From the human T2T-CHM13v2.0 reference genome, Homo sapiens, in assembly GCF_009914755.1 (NCBI RefSeq), contig NC_060932.1: 64,000 nt of DNA. One strand, 5' to 3'. Both the position numbers and the translations under genes were made by a program. The notes beneath the pieces were generated by a model, which was not told where the DNA came from, searched no databases, and saw only the letters and a list, made by a program, of their open reading frames with translations. This document shows positions 45,721-64,000 of this stretch, one piece after another. The first letter of the stretch is position 1, and every line of letters starts with the position of its first letter.

Positions 45721-47309
45721 TGACAATAAAGTTTAAAGCTGATTCTGTTCAGGAATGCTTTCAGGGGTTCCTTGAAAGTTGGGAGCTCTCACTCCAATTC
45801 CTGTAATGCATCTCCTCTGGGAATCCAGCCTCCATCCTGTCCCCCTTATACCTACTCTTTTGGGTTTTCCCTCATGTGGTCTCACTTCTCTCAGGTGGCC
45901 CTCATGTGATCTATGGGAAACACAGATCTCTTAGTCCAAAAAACTTTGGGAGCACTGGCAGTCCATCTACACAGCAACCTTGCTTTCTTTTGCTGTGCTG
46001 CCAAAGCAGATAGTCTCTCTTTCACCCCTGAAAATTTCCAGGTATGAGTTAGACAGACATCAATTTACTGTGTCCACCAAATTGCAGGAGTTACACATTA
46101 AGTTCCCCAAGTGGTCACTATAAAGCCCTTCTATCTTTACTGGAGGGGGAGTACTCCCCATCCCTCCAACAAAGACAGAGGAAAGAGGTTAGGAAAGACT
46201 CCTAGAATACCAACAACTGGGTTAAAAAACGTTTCCAATTTCTAACAACACGTGTCAAAAACTCTTTTCCAATTTCCAACTTTCTGAATGAAACCTTTTA
46301 CAACAACAGATGGATACATATTAGAAGTCACGATCCATTTTCTGGCTCTCTTTTGAACACCCACATGGTGTCCTTAAAACTCACTTTAGAAATATGCATC
46401 TGTTGACTTAGGGTCAAACTCAGAATACAAGAGTTCCACCCATTTTAGCACCTTATTTCGTATTCTGTATTTTCTAAATTTTCCATGAAAAGCAGGAATA
46501 AAATAAAAATCCACAACCTTACCACTCAGCCACGGTTAACACTGTCCCTTTATGCCACTTAAAAATGTAAGTTTATATTTTTTAAAACCTTGTACAATAA
46601 CACTTCATTTATATAATTTCATTAAGCAATCCAGTTTATCACCTAATTTAAACACATTACCTTTTTCAAGCATCAAATTTCCACTGAACTAGTGTGCTGC
46701 TCTTTCTAAAATGTGTCTCACTGTGCCACTCTGAAGTCCAAACCCTTTAATGGCTCCCTACCAGAGATTAAACTTCAGTCTTTTAAATAGTGTAATCTAC
46801 AGTCTCCTAGAGCTGTTACATCTCTAAATATGATTTTGAACCATGTATGCACCATATAAAATCATACTACAAGAAAAATGCAGGTGTCAGAGGAGTTCCT
46901 AATAATGGGATGTGATCTACACTAGCGGAGAGAAACATTTCAGAATTTGCGAATTCAACCTTGTAACCCCTCAATGAAGCTGGATCCTGAGATATTTTCA
47001 ACAGGAACTGGGACCAAATTCTGAAATGCAAAAGAACAAAGGTGGCTATTTCTTTATTAGCATGATAAAACTAAGCTTGCAGTGGGGATCAGTCCTCACA
47101 TGATTGCAAATAAAATTCTGTATCACTACACATATATCTACTGGCTCCACACTCATTATCACCAACTGCCAAAAAGTTAATCTAATACTCAAGAGCAGAT
47201 TTATAAAAACTTTAAATGCCTAAAACTGGATTTGGGAATTAATTTTGTTGTAAGTTCTACACATAATGTGCTGCATTCATAGAGCACACATTTAAAAAAT
47301 TGTCTTAGA

Positions 47310-47818
<509 letters not shown>

Positions 47819-48059
47819 TCAAAAAAGTACACAAGAACAATGAGCGTAGGCAAATACGGATATGTCTCTATGAATAAATGTGGAGAGTATGTGTGTGTAG
47901 TCATCTAACATATATATATGCATAAAGATGGCTGGAAAGATGGTCACCAAAACAGCGACTACCTAGGTGGTGATTTTTGCTTTTTTCTTTTACTACTCTA
48001 TATTGTTTCAATTTTTTTATAAATATGAGCATGTATGTTTACAAGAATTTTCATTATTA

Positions 48060-49850
48060 AAATACAGTATGAAAGCTACAGTAATCAAGCCATGTGGTAC
48101 TAGCAGAATGATAGATCAATGAAACAGAAATAAAAGTCTATAGAAAAACCCAAACATTTGTGGTCAACTGATTACCAACAAAGACATCAAGGCAATTCAG
48201 TAGAGGAAAGGATAGTCTTTTCAAAAATGGTTCGGAGACTACCGGAAATCCACAGGCAAAAAGTTGAACTTAGTAACTTACACCATAAAGTTAACAAAAA
48301 TGGATCATAGACCTAAATGCAAGGACCAAAACTAGAAACCTTTTAGAAGAAAACACAAGAGTAAATCTCATAATCTTTGGTGAGGCAAAGATTTCTTAGA
48401 TATGACACACACTGCACCATTCTTAACAGCAAAAAAAAAAAAAAGTTAAACTAGACTCTACCAAGTGAAAATGCTTACACCTCAAAAGACACCGTTAACA
48501 GCCAAGTGTGGTGGCACACGTCTGTAGCATCAGTTATTAAGGAGGCAGAGGCAGGAGGATTACTTGAGCCCTGAGTTTGAGTCTAGCCTGGGCAACACAG
48601 CAAGACCTCGACTCTGAACCCCATCTCTTAAGAAAAAAAAAAAAAAAACACCATTAAGAAAAGGACAAGTCACAGATTGAGAGAAAATATTTGCACATAA
48701 TGTATCTGACAAAGGACCTGGATACAAAATATATAAAGAACTCTTACAACTCTGTAAGAAGACAACCCAATTAAAAATGGGCAAAAAGACCTGACAGACA
48801 TTTCACCGAAACAGATGGAAAAAATGGCTTGGTGCTGCATGCCTGTAGTCCCAGCCCTTTGGGAGGCTGAAGCAGGAGGATCGCTTGAGCCCAGGAGTTC
48901 TAGGCTGCAGTAAGGTGTGATTATGCCACTATACTCCAGCCTGAGTGACAAAGTAAAATCCTTTCTTTAAAAAAAAAAAAGAAAAGAGAAAAGAAAAGAA
49001 GAAAATGGCTTGAAAAGATGCTCAACATCATTAGTGATTAGGGAAACTCAAACCACAATGTATACTACCTCCCACCCAGTAGAATAATTATAATCAAAAA
49101 GATAATGACAAGTGTTGGGAAGATTCAGAGAAACTGAAATCCTCATACACTACTGGTAGGACATAAAATAGCACTGACAGTCTGGTTTTGGCAGTTTCTT
49201 TAAAAATTATATAAGTTTTCCATATGACCCAATAATTCTATTCCTAGGCATCTATGCAAAAGAAAACATATGTCCACACATATCTGCATACAAATGTTCA
49301 CAGCAGCATTATTTATAACAGCCAAAAACTGTGAACCATCCAAACACCCATCAACTGGTAATGAATAAACAAAATGTGGCATATCCACAGAATGGAATAT
49401 TACTCAACAATAGAAAGGAACAAATTACTGATACACTCAACATGCATGAACCACAAATTAAATGAAAGAAGCCAGACATAAAAGATACTGTATGTTCCAT
49501 TCATAAGAAATGTCCAGGAAAGAATAATCAAGCAAAAGTGAGAGAGTGAGGGAGAGAGTGTGAGAAGGAAAGAGGGAGACACGGGGAGAAGAGAGAGAGG
49601 GAGAGGGAGAGGGAGAGGAAGGGAAGGGCAGTGTGTAAGAGCTAGAAGATAGGAAAGTGGATGCCTGGGGCAGGGGGTAGTATGGAAGATGAATACGATT
49701 TCAAGGGATCTTACTGGGTTAACAGACAACATCCTAGACTATGGTAATGGTTGCAAAGCTGAATAAACTAACTAATAATCAGTGAATTGTGCATTTGAAA
49801 TAGATGAATTTTATAGTGTATAAAGTATACCTCAATAAAATTGTTTTTAA
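48060..49850 (+). mobile_element. Old L1M 3' portion, interrupted by Alu monomers (~48500-48650, ~48826-49000) and a GA-rich tract
   Basis: aaagctacagtaatcaag...ggaaaggatagtcttttcaaaaatgg...gagaaaatatttgcacataatgtatctgacaaagg...tacctcaataaaattg. Confidence 0.8.
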
Positions 49851-50238
49851 AAAGATGGTGAAAAAAACTTAGTATATAATTATGTTTACTGAAGGAATGA
49901 TTAGGTTTTTCTAGATGCCAAAGCCAAAAACCAGTGAGAAAACAAAACATTTTAAATGAAAACATAAATTAAAATAGCATACCAAAATGGCGTACATACC
50001 ACTTATCCCCATTATATAAGTGATTTTCACTTTCTGCCTTTTAGTGGAATACTTCTAAGGGTCATGATTAGGTACAGGAATTTGCTACAAGACTTTATGT
50101 GCAATGTAACCTGGATACAGTGGCTAAAACTACCTGGAATAAATTGTTTTAGGGTACCGGTACCTGTTTAGCCCTACTTTATGACTTAGGACAGTTTCTA
50201 TAATACAGTTAACCAGTTATGCGTTTAAAAACAAAACT

Positions 50239-50547
<309 letters not shown>

Positions 50548-50671
50548 TCATTCATCTCTTACTTATGAGACCCTAACAAGATCCTAGAAGGGATCTGAGA
50601 GACAAGGGGCAGTAAAAGAATTTCACAAAAAGTTCCACTTGCAGACCTCAACTAGGAAGAATTGTGAAGTG

Positions 50672-50675
<4 letters not shown>

Positions 50676-50720
<45 letters not shown>
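50676..50720. repeat. (TA)n microsatellite
   Basis: About 22 uninterrupted TA units. Confidence 0.95.
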
Positions 50721-50723
<3 letters not shown>

Positions 50724-51943
50724 AATTATTTAAATCCATAGGCTACCCTCCTACCCAAACTAGGCATACTGAAAATGGTTTAAAAACTTTAGTTTTAATA
50801 AAACACTGTTTTTAAAAGTTGCTTATAAGGCATGAACAATGAAAATCTGCTAAAACTAAGTTCTTAAAAGACACACATTTAAAATGTTAATAGACTACTA
50901 AGAGGTCAGTGCCACATACCAAAGACTGAACACTAGCCAGTTGTCACCATCGCACATACCATAATGGAACTTTGGCAACCCATTTCAAAAGGTTGCCAAC
51001 CAGGCTACATATTTTGACTACTGCTTCAACATACTGTTCTATAAATAAAAAGACAAAGCTTTAGTTTAACTATATTCACATTTTAATACAGGCAGTTCCA
51101 AATATCAAAAAGACTTTCCAAAATGCTTCATCCCTCATTTTCAGGGATCCACCTGCTTTTACCCACTGGCAACTGAGAACTAGCTCCACAGCAAGAAGAC
51201 TGTTTTAAGTTTCCAAGTCTCTAAATTCACGTATGCTTTAACCCAAATGAATGGAATAAATGAAGTTGACTTCTCCATACTTTTGAAAAAAACTCGGTAA
51301 ATATATTTACTAAATACCAGGACACATTTAGTATCTAACATTTAAATAAAAATAAATTCAAATATAACAAATAATATTCAGCAAGTTAGCTTTCAAAATA
51401 ACATTTTTACAAGACTTGTTTACAGAAAATAACTGGAAGGGAGGATAATTTATAAGATGCTAATAAATAAAATGGAGCCCTACTCCCCTAAAAAAAAAAA
51501 GAAAGAAAGAAAAATTGTGAATTTGAACATTCCCTTCACTAACTATGCTAGCCTCTCATTTACCTAAATCTACACATATAAAGGGAAAGAAGCCTCCCTG
51601 AAAATGTTCTTAATTTACATCATTTAGTTTGTTGGAATTTGCCAGAATTTAAAGTAGAGAACTGTGGTTTGATATAAAGAAAGCAAACTAATCTCACACC
51701 TTGCATCCCAAGATGGTTTTCTCATATTTCACTTAAATTCAATGTCCTTGAAATTCTTAAAACCCTGTAATCTCTTTCAAATTGAAAGACGTATGAACAT
51801 GTCAGTCATTACTTTTTGAGTAAATGTTATTAAAGTGACCAACTCATCTTTGAGAAAATTAATCTCAAATTTCCACCAAGGTCATTACATATAACTTTGC
51901 CCTCAAAAACAGATTAAAAAATGAACAGCACCAGTAATAATAA

Positions 51944-52265
<322 letters not shown>

Positions 52266-52306
52266 ACTTCTTTAAATGTCAGATTTAATGAGGTATAATT
52301 TATATA

Positions 52307-54740
<2,434 letters not shown>

Positions 54741-54815
54741 TAAATTATAATATCACATTATGATATGTCATATCATGATAGGTCATAATATATATTATGA
54801 TACATCATGTCATAT

Positions 54816-55460
54816 TGCGGCAGGCCAGGTCTCACTAATGCAGGCCTCCACAACAACTGTTTCAGTACTGAGTGGTTAAATTAAATATTAAAAGCCAGTG
54901 CCCTTAAACAAAGCCTGGGATTAACAAAAGCCCATCATGAGTTTTGCCTAGGCCTTTCCTAGGCCTTAAAGCATGACAAAATAATGAAGGAATTCTTAAG
55001 AGGACCCATTTAGGATTAAACAAGTTTTATTATGGGTCTGAAGAAACTCCCTAGGCCTCCACTAACAAGTTTACTGGGGGTCCGAAGGAATTCCCCAAAC
55101 CTTCATGATTTTGCAGGAGACAACATAAGGGTAATCACCCCCAGCAACTGGACCCGTTTAGATTAAGTAAATTTACTGAGGGTCTGGAGGAGGCTCTTCA
55201 GGACTTAGACCTTAGTTATAGATTAAAAGAAGTTAATCACTTATGTATTTAGATGAATGCACACTTACGCATAGACATATAGCTTAGAAGGCATAGAAGC
55301 TCTGGAAAACTTTGTAATTTTGAGTTGGTCTGGCAATAATTTCCAGGCCTTCTCCCTATAACTGGTTGCAGAAAATAAAAACTCTCTTCCTCTCCAGTTC
55401 ACCTGCATCTCGTTATTGGGCCACGAGAAATAGAGTGATCCTCACTTTGGTCCGAGAACA
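54816..55460 (+). mobile_element. ERV1 solo LTR (LTR15-like)
   Basis: TGcggcaggccaggtctcactaatgcaggcctcc...aataaa...tttggtccgagaaCA, ~645 bp. Confidence 0.7.
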
Positions 55461-55620
55461 GTATGACATATTACGTCACATTATGACATCCGGGACTATG
55501 TCATAATTTCTTTCTTAGCAAGTGTTTTCTGAAAATGCTTGACCTAAAGTAGTATTCAGGTTAATTTGGATTATCTGAAGACATACCAATGTATGATTGG
55601 AAGGAATAAATATTCTAGAT

Positions 55621-55933
55621 CAATGGTCCCCAATCTTTTTGGGACCAGGAAATGGTTTTGTGGAAGACAATTTTTCCACGGACAGGGCGACAGGGGGAAT
55701 GGTTTCAGGATGAAACTGTTCCACCTCAGATCACCAAGCATTAGATTCTCACATGGAGCACAAAACCTGGATGCCTCTAATGCACAATTCACAACAAGGT
55801 TCATGCTACTATGAGAATCTAATGCTATCTCCGCTGATCTAACAGGAGGCAGACCTCAGGGAGTAATGCCGCTCACCTCCTGTGGTGCAGTCCAGTTCCA
55901 AACAGGCCACGGCCCAGGGGTTGGGGACCCCTG
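55621..55933. mobile_element. MER1B (hAT-Charlie)
   Basis: TIRs caatggtccccaa / ttggggacccctg; 8-bp NTCTAGAN flanks ttctagat / ctctagac. Confidence 0.88.
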
Positions 55934-57016
55934 CTCTAGACACAGTAGAAAGGGTCTGTATCAATCTAGAATTTAATATATATCATACATAATGCATCAA
56001 CTAAAATATACCAAGAAGAGATTACTGCATTAGCAGAAAATAACTGTACAGGACTCAGGCTTCACAGTGTCACATACAATAGTACCTTAATGTTGATGAT
56101 CAATCTTTTCAAAATGAATAGCTACAAAAATATATCTCTGCATTAAGTCTTCTACTTCAACAAAATCACACAATATCTTTGAAAGTAGTCATTCTGACCC
56201 ATGGTACCATTATCGAGATGTGAAGGTGTGTTGCAAGAAATGTTTATATTTAAATAATCAAAATTCTAAGAATGATTTCTTTGTTTAAAAAGTTTACAAA
56301 TGTGACTCATTTGCATTCTAATTACTTGCATAAGTGGGAAAGGGGTGAAGCTATAGCTGTCAATCCTGTATATGCTTACAGGAGAGTACAGAACAAGTGA
56401 ACATTATCCATCCTCCTTGGCAGCTGAAAAAGAAAAAGTTTTGAGATTTGCTGTTTTAAGTATGTTTTACAAATACTTAATATAAAATATAAGACCTCAA
56501 ATTAGTAGGTTGAAATAGAATTTAAGTAAACGTGATGGGTTCAAATGCCAGTCTTCAACGTCTCCCACTTGGGAGTATACTTGAACAAGTATACCTAATT
56601 GGAAATATTTAATTATGATTAATGGCATACCTAAGGTCTCTGAGCCTTACTTTCCTAATGTTAATTAGAAATTAAATAGAAGTTAACCTACACATTACAG
56701 AGTTGTTATAAAACTAACCTAATGGTTATAAGGAATCTGGCAAACAGTAGGTGTTCAATACTACAGCGTAATTAAGAGCCAGGATTTAGTGAACTGATCA
56801 TAATATAGAATGAGTTCACACATCCAAGAACATTTATGTATAATTGTAGAAACTCTAAATGCCCAATAAATTATTTGAATTCACTGTTGTTCATGAATGC
56901 TGACAAGATACATATATCAAGTGCCCATTCTAAGCAAACAAATCCATTCTATGAACTAAAGTATAACACAAAATCATGTCTATACTTCCTCACCCAAAGA
57001 TCTCAAAGCAAATTAG

Positions 57017-57337
<321 letters not shown>

Positions 57338-59379
57338 AGCAGTCTTAAAAATATACAAGATACCTGAAAAAACTACAGCTCAGGGCAATCAACATCTTTA
57401 TCAAAATTTTTTGCCACATAATTACAAAATGCTGTTACAGTCTAAGATTCTTTGACCTTGCCATTAACTCAATTGTTCAAAATATAATTATTGAGTATCC
57501 ACTATGCACCAGGCAGGCACTGCGCTAAACTCTGGTGTAGTTACAGAAAAGAAGAGACCAAAAATAGGAGGTATGTCACAAAGCTATTTCCAACTATTAT
57601 AGTCTTGTTTTCCTTAAACAATGTAAGAGAAAATTGTAGGTTCTCACAGTTGAATGCATTAATACTTAGAAAGAGTCAAGTAACCTCAAATAAGTGACAA
57701 TCCAGTATCTTCCCCCATGGAGACTAGGAGTAAAATAAGCACCCCTCTATACTTCTCCATCAATTGTTATTTACTATGTAAAGATAAATGACCATTTCAA
57801 ATATCAGTCAAATAATCTCAAGAGGGACACTAATTTAACCTGTAAATTTTTAAAACCCGTTTATTCCTGGAGAGTTCAGAAAAATGAATTTTAAGTTCGA
57901 TTAAGTTAAACGTCAATCAAAAATCTATCAAAAATAAACTGCATTCACTTAGTTTTACTCAACATCTGAAATTATACTTTTTCTGGGGCAGCTAGAATTA
58001 ACTTACTAACCACGCCTCCCTCTGATCAACCAACCACTTTCTTGGGAGACAAAAATCTAGCCTCTACCCAATTATATAATCTAGAATTCATACTATATAT
58101 CCTAGAACATTTTACAAAGCAAGAGTTCCCTGACAAACAGCTACATCACTATTAAAGTTTTAAAGAATTCTTAAACATTATTATCTAGCAAAACTGTTCT
58201 GCAAATACACATTCTCTCTCTCTCTCTCTCTCTCTCATGAGTTAGGAAATCTTACTACTGAAGTGGTTATCCAAAACCTAAGCGGGGACAAACAGCCAAG
58301 TACCTTTTTAACACCAAGCTCCCCAAAAACGAAGCTGTTAGAAAATGCTGCCATAAATACTTACAGCAATAGCACCATCATAATGATATGCAGGTAGGTG
58401 TACTTTAGGACTAAGAGCCTCTCGTTCGTTATTATGGATATGAAAGTCACATGAAAAAAAAAAGTGCTGTCATTTCATTTTATGAATGCTGATTAGGGAG
58501 TTTCAGTTAACTGCAACACTTTGCAAACAGGCTATCAAATAAACCCCAGTTATCAAGCAGTTCTAGACACAAAGCTTCTGTTTCTATTACTAAATACAAT
58601 TAAAGAATTAAAAGGATCAGTGTGTTTTTCTTGAGGTATATTAGTCTAAAATAATTTGCGATAGTAAGTCACCAAACACCCGAGTGACTGAAATTCTTTT
58701 AGCTATATAAAACACTCCTTTGGAATGCCGATCTCCCACACCGTAAGACTTAAAACACACAAAATTCACTGACATACATTTTTCACATAGAGATTAAGGG
58801 GTAAAAAGGTGGCAAACTCAATACACTTACACAGAAGTAGCAAAAAACGTGTAAGCAAATTCCAAAAACCTTTGTCTTATCCAGAATGGCACTTTGTGGT
58901 ACTCCAAGGATTCAGGCATTTCATCAGTATTCCGCACATAGGGGTACTCAAACAATGTTGCTGACAGATGAGACAACAAAGTCTCACCAACAAACATTTC
59001 TACAGCAATGTATTAACAGGTAATGTTGCAAATCAGTCAAGGGGCCAAGTGAGGAGGAATCCAGAGGAGTAGAAAGAATACTAATTTTCTGCCAAATTTT
59101 ACACTCAGAGGAAATTAATCCATCATAGAAGTCTTCCATGAAAAAAATAAAAAAGGTACTCAGTATGACCCAGAATAGCCATGAGGTTAAAACACATACA
59201 CACACACACACAGCAATTGCCACTTCCACTAGAGTTTGACAGTTATAGATTTGGGTAATTATAGTAGAAATTGCGCGTTTGGAAACACACTAAGACCACA
59301 CCCTAAGACTGAGAATCTGGACTTTAAACGCTGATCATTAATTAAAAGGACAACGCAGTATCTAAGTTGGAAGATCTGG

Positions 59380-60740
59380 CCGCGCAGGTGGAAGGCGAAG
59401 TGATGGGGAGCGATAAAGACACCAACTTCAAAACCAGGGACCAGGAGGGCTGGGTGTCGAGGCGAGGCGAGGCGAAGCCCGGGGGATAAGGGGGTGTGGA
59501 GCTGGGGACGGGAACAGGGGATGAGGAGAAAAAGCGGCCGCGAAGAGGAAGGAGTGGTGGGAGCCAGGATTGGGGAGGGGGGACAACGCCGACACGGGAA
59601 GGGACGAGCCAACGAGCCAGGAGTCACTGGCGGGCGCAGGATCTGGGGTGGGAGGGGGCGGCGAGAGCGCGCGTGGAGGTGCCAATGGAAGGAAGGGGGC
59701 GGAAGAAAGGAAGACCCGAATGAATGAGCGCCGGGGGCAGGCCGGGGCCGCGGGGCCACAGAGGAAGCGGGCCCGGGGCGTCGCGGGGCCGGGGGCGGGC
59801 CCAGCGCGCCTGGAAAGGAGGAAGCCCCGCGCCAGCGCGGGCCCCGCCGCACCCGCCTCTTCGCCAAAATGGGGTCGCAGAGCAGGAAAGCTAGGAGTGT
59901 GAAGGAAGAGGGGAAAATGGCAAAAACCAATCACTCACCCTCCGCTCGAGCCTCCAGGCGCTCTCAGTCCCGCTCCTGCGCCCTCCTGGAGCCGCAGAGG
60001 CGGCTCCTCAGCGGCGCTAGGGGGAGCCCCGGGTCCGGAGCGGGGGAGCGGCGGCAGCCGGACCGGGAGCCCCTCAACACCTGCCCCTGTGGCAGAGCCG
60101 CGACAAGCCAGGCGGCAGCTCCGAGCGGGGAGGGCAAGTGACCCGGATGTACAGGGTAACGACGGGGAGGGGGAGGAGGGAATGCCAGGAAGTGAGGGCG
60201 CCGCGGACCTGTCCGGCCGTGCGCATGCGCCGCACGCCCGCCCCGCAAGGTAAATCCTTAGCCTATCTTCTCCGCCCCTCATCCCCGCCCCTCCCGAAGG
60301 GGCGGGGCGAAGCCAGAGACAGGTGGTCGGCGGGCGCGGCGTGCAGAGGAAGGAGGCGTGGCCACCCCCTTGCACCCCGGCCTCCTTAAAGGGGCAGCAC
60401 CTTCGCAAATATCGCGCCGAGATAGCTTCTGAGTGGGTTGGGGTCTTCCAGCCTTCCAGATGTACAGATGGGAAACGGAGGTTCAGAGGTGGCGGTGACC
60501 TGCCTCTTGTCAGCGGGCTTGGAAATGGCAGGAACTGGACCTCGGGACTCGATGCTGAGCCCTGCGAAGTTGCCATATTCCCCCCACGCCTGGAACCGCT
60601 AGGCTGCGGGCGCGCCTCTCCCCTTTGGGTCAGGTACTGAGCCTCGCCCGCGATTCCCGGCGCGGCACGTGTTCCTGGCAGGCGCCCAGCGCCAGGAGAC
60701 TGTACTGTTACCGCCTGCGATGGTATCGCGGAGACGCCCT
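59380..60740. promoter_or_regulatory. CpG-island promoter of CYRIB
   Basis: Abrupt rise in GC and CpG content. NRF1-type TGCGCATGCGC at 60220-60230, ETS-type CAGGAAGTG at 60186-60194 and CCGGATGT at 60143-60150, GC boxes at ~60283 and ~60299-60308. No obvious TATA box. Confidence 0.9.
59939..60195 (-). other. CYRIB: Non-coding exon 1 of CYRIB (5' boundary approximate)
   Basis: GC-rich and inside the CpG island; ends ...GCTCGAGCGGAGG|gtgagt (consensus donor at 59938-59933); no ATG on the minus strand. Confidence 0.8.
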
Positions 60741-61598
60741 TGGGTGGTGAAAAATGATCATTCTGAGAACAAAAATTAGACTCCACTTACAACACTCTCA
60801 GATATATCAGACCCCTGTTCTGGGGTCGACTCTGGGCAAAAATATCTAGTGGGCAGAAACTTGGATGTGACAGAGGGCACAGCCTCTTAATTACTTCCCT
60901 AATTCCCCTTTCACTCTTTGAACATAAATGATCCCTTTCCCTTTACAGACAAAAACAGAACATCCCATCTAGCTAGCTTCTCCTAATCCTGTTATAAAGC
61001 TGAATTTTTTTTTATTAACATTAAAGGGGAAAAGATGACAATGTTATCTCTCCCAGGGTTGTTTTCAGTTTGACAGCTGAGCAGATCACTAAGATGGAGG
61101 TAAATGATTATGAACATTTTGCAGTCACAGGCCCAACTGAAAATACTGTAACAGTATGGACTTTTCCCCCCGGGAAAATACAGACATGCACACACATTTG
61201 CATAAAATTTCAGGAGTTTCATGCAACCAGGGAGCCTATCCATGAAATCCTGATTATGAACGAAGCTCTAGTCAAAGAGCTAAGGTTCCGGTAACTATCT
61301 GCGCCTTACTCTATGGGGCCAAGAAATCACTCCTTGCCACAAAACACAGAAGGGCAGCCCTTACCTTAGCCTTTTTGTCTTCCTCTTGAGTTATGTAGAA
61401 ACCAAATGGTATGTAACATGGTGGGCATATTACTTAGAAACGTGTTGAGTCATGGAGAGATGAAGTGGCTTTTTCAAGGCACACACTAAGGGCAACATTC
61501 CTAGGCCTCAGACTTTTACCTTAATTATCATACTTCAGGAGGATTCAGGGATTCTATATTGTAGCTATTATAATTCTGGTCAATTTCAATGAAACTGA

Positions 61599-61905
<307 letters not shown>

Positions 61906-62391
61906 TGGAGATGATGTTTTACAAATGTTGATGCTGATAGAAAAGTCCTCCTAATCCAAGAAGCTTGGTCCACTTGTCTGACATACTGACGTCCAACCTC
62001 AGATAACCTGGGTCCAGATGGATCACTGTCCTCAATGTGAACAGGAGGAGGAGTTCATACATGTGCAAAGTCCCTTAGATATGAGCTCTGAGTAACCACA
62101 CACCTCTAACCCTATCTCCCACCAGAAGCAGAAATCTTTCATATTATCTTCAACACATGAATATCTAGTTCAGCTCCAATATCTCCAACTACAGGGAGCT
62201 CATTACTGCAATCATCAGCCTTTGATTGTGAGGAACCTCTTTTACACTAAGCAAAAATCTGATGCACAACAATTTTCATCCACTGGTCGTAATTTTCTCT
62301 ATGGAGAGCAATATAGACATGACGCTGGCCTAGGGAGCTTACAGTCCAGCAAAGAAGCAGTCCACTGAGAAGTGATAATAATAAAATACTG

Positions 62392-62690
<299 letters not shown>

Positions 62691-63648
62691 AATACAATGA
62701 GTCCTGTGAGGAACACGGAATACCCCTCTCACATGCACCTTTCTCCTTAGCTGCCCTGGGTCCATTCCTGCCATGTACAAGAACTCACAAGTAAGTTCTT
62801 CCATTACCCCACATGGGAATTCCCTAAAAGAGGGAGCTGGCTCAGAAAACAAGACTCCTATAAGAAGTGCTGAATTTATTCTTCTATAATCCTTTCTTCA
62901 TCATTCTGCATGAATGTGATCATATTTTTGCCGAGGGCAAAGCTTTCAAAGACTTATGTTGAAAAATTGAACAAAAGGATGCAAAAAAAAAGGGCTTACA
63001 TAAGAGCACTAGTCTCTTAATGATGATTTACGCATTGTGGCTAGCTGTATTTTGTGAGTCCTTACAATGTGCCAGGCACTGTACTAAGCTCTACGCTCTT
63101 GACTTGTTTTCTTCTTTTGCTTTTTCACAGCCATCCTATATGGTACTATTATCAGGCCCATTTTATAAATGAGGCAACCGAAACTCCGTATGTGACAGAT
63201 GCAGGATTCAAACCCAATCTGTCAACTTCACAGCTTCTATGGACACTGCATTGTCTCTGTCTACTTTTTTAAATTTCACAAGGTCCTGTGGCTTTCCTTC
63301 AGTGCTGTTTTCTTGGAAATTTTTATTTATTATTAAATCAGTTTTAAAACCCTATAGAGAATAAATGGTTTCACTCAATCATTGATTCACTCAATCAACA
63401 CACATTTTTGCACCGCCCACCCCCCCGCCCACCCGCCCCCCGCACTGTGTCCTAGGCATCAGGCTGAGGGTCTGGGAAGAAGGAGAGTAAGACACCAAGT
63501 CCCTGCTCCGGAGGGGCTGAGAGTTTAGTGAAAGGACAGGCTGTCATCTTGCACTTAAAACAAAGCATGACTCGTTGTAATTCAGAAGGGTAGAGGAAAC
63601 AGCTTTCCCTGGGACAATTGTGAAGGCTTCAGAAAGAATGGGACCTTT

Positions 63649-64000
<352 letters not shown>

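Noticed and set aside
56575-56594. Perfect inverted repeat gtatacttg-aa-caagtatac (and tcatact-tggg-agtatga at ~2753-2770)
   Set aside because: Short stems of this size are expected by chance in 64 kb, and there is no miRNA- or snoRNA-like context.
60244-60258. Plus-strand donor-like AAG|gtaaat near the promoter (divergent transcript?)
   Set aside because: A single motif with no other support.
59259-60786. Long ORFs (up to 283 aa) across the CpG island
   Set aside because: Pro/Arg/Gly-rich frames are expected from stop-codon depletion in GC-rich DNA; exon 1 has no ATG.

Overview
Human-type primate genomic DNA, rich in Alu, L1, LTR and DNA-transposon copies; a human-lineage AluYb8 is present. 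It holds the 5' part of a minus-strand gene that I identify as CYRIB (FAM49B). The gene runs from a CpG-island promoter and non-coding exon 1 (~59.9-60.2 kb), through a ~35 kb intron, to an LTR-derived 87-nt 5'UTR exon (24778-24864) and a 39-nt 5'UTR exon (23591-23629). The most notable feature is an 83-nt exon at 336-418 (-), missed by the ORF track, encoding [24 protein letters not shown]. It looks like a tandem-duplicated alternative to the canonical CYRI-B first coding exon ([24 protein letters not shown], recalled; expected just left of the window). It keeps Gly2 but lacks Cys10 and resembles the paralogue CYRI-A. Apart from L1 ORF2 remnants, the supplied ORFs are repeat-derived or chance. 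Gene and repeat names come from recalled sequences, not database searches, and repeat boundaries are approximate.
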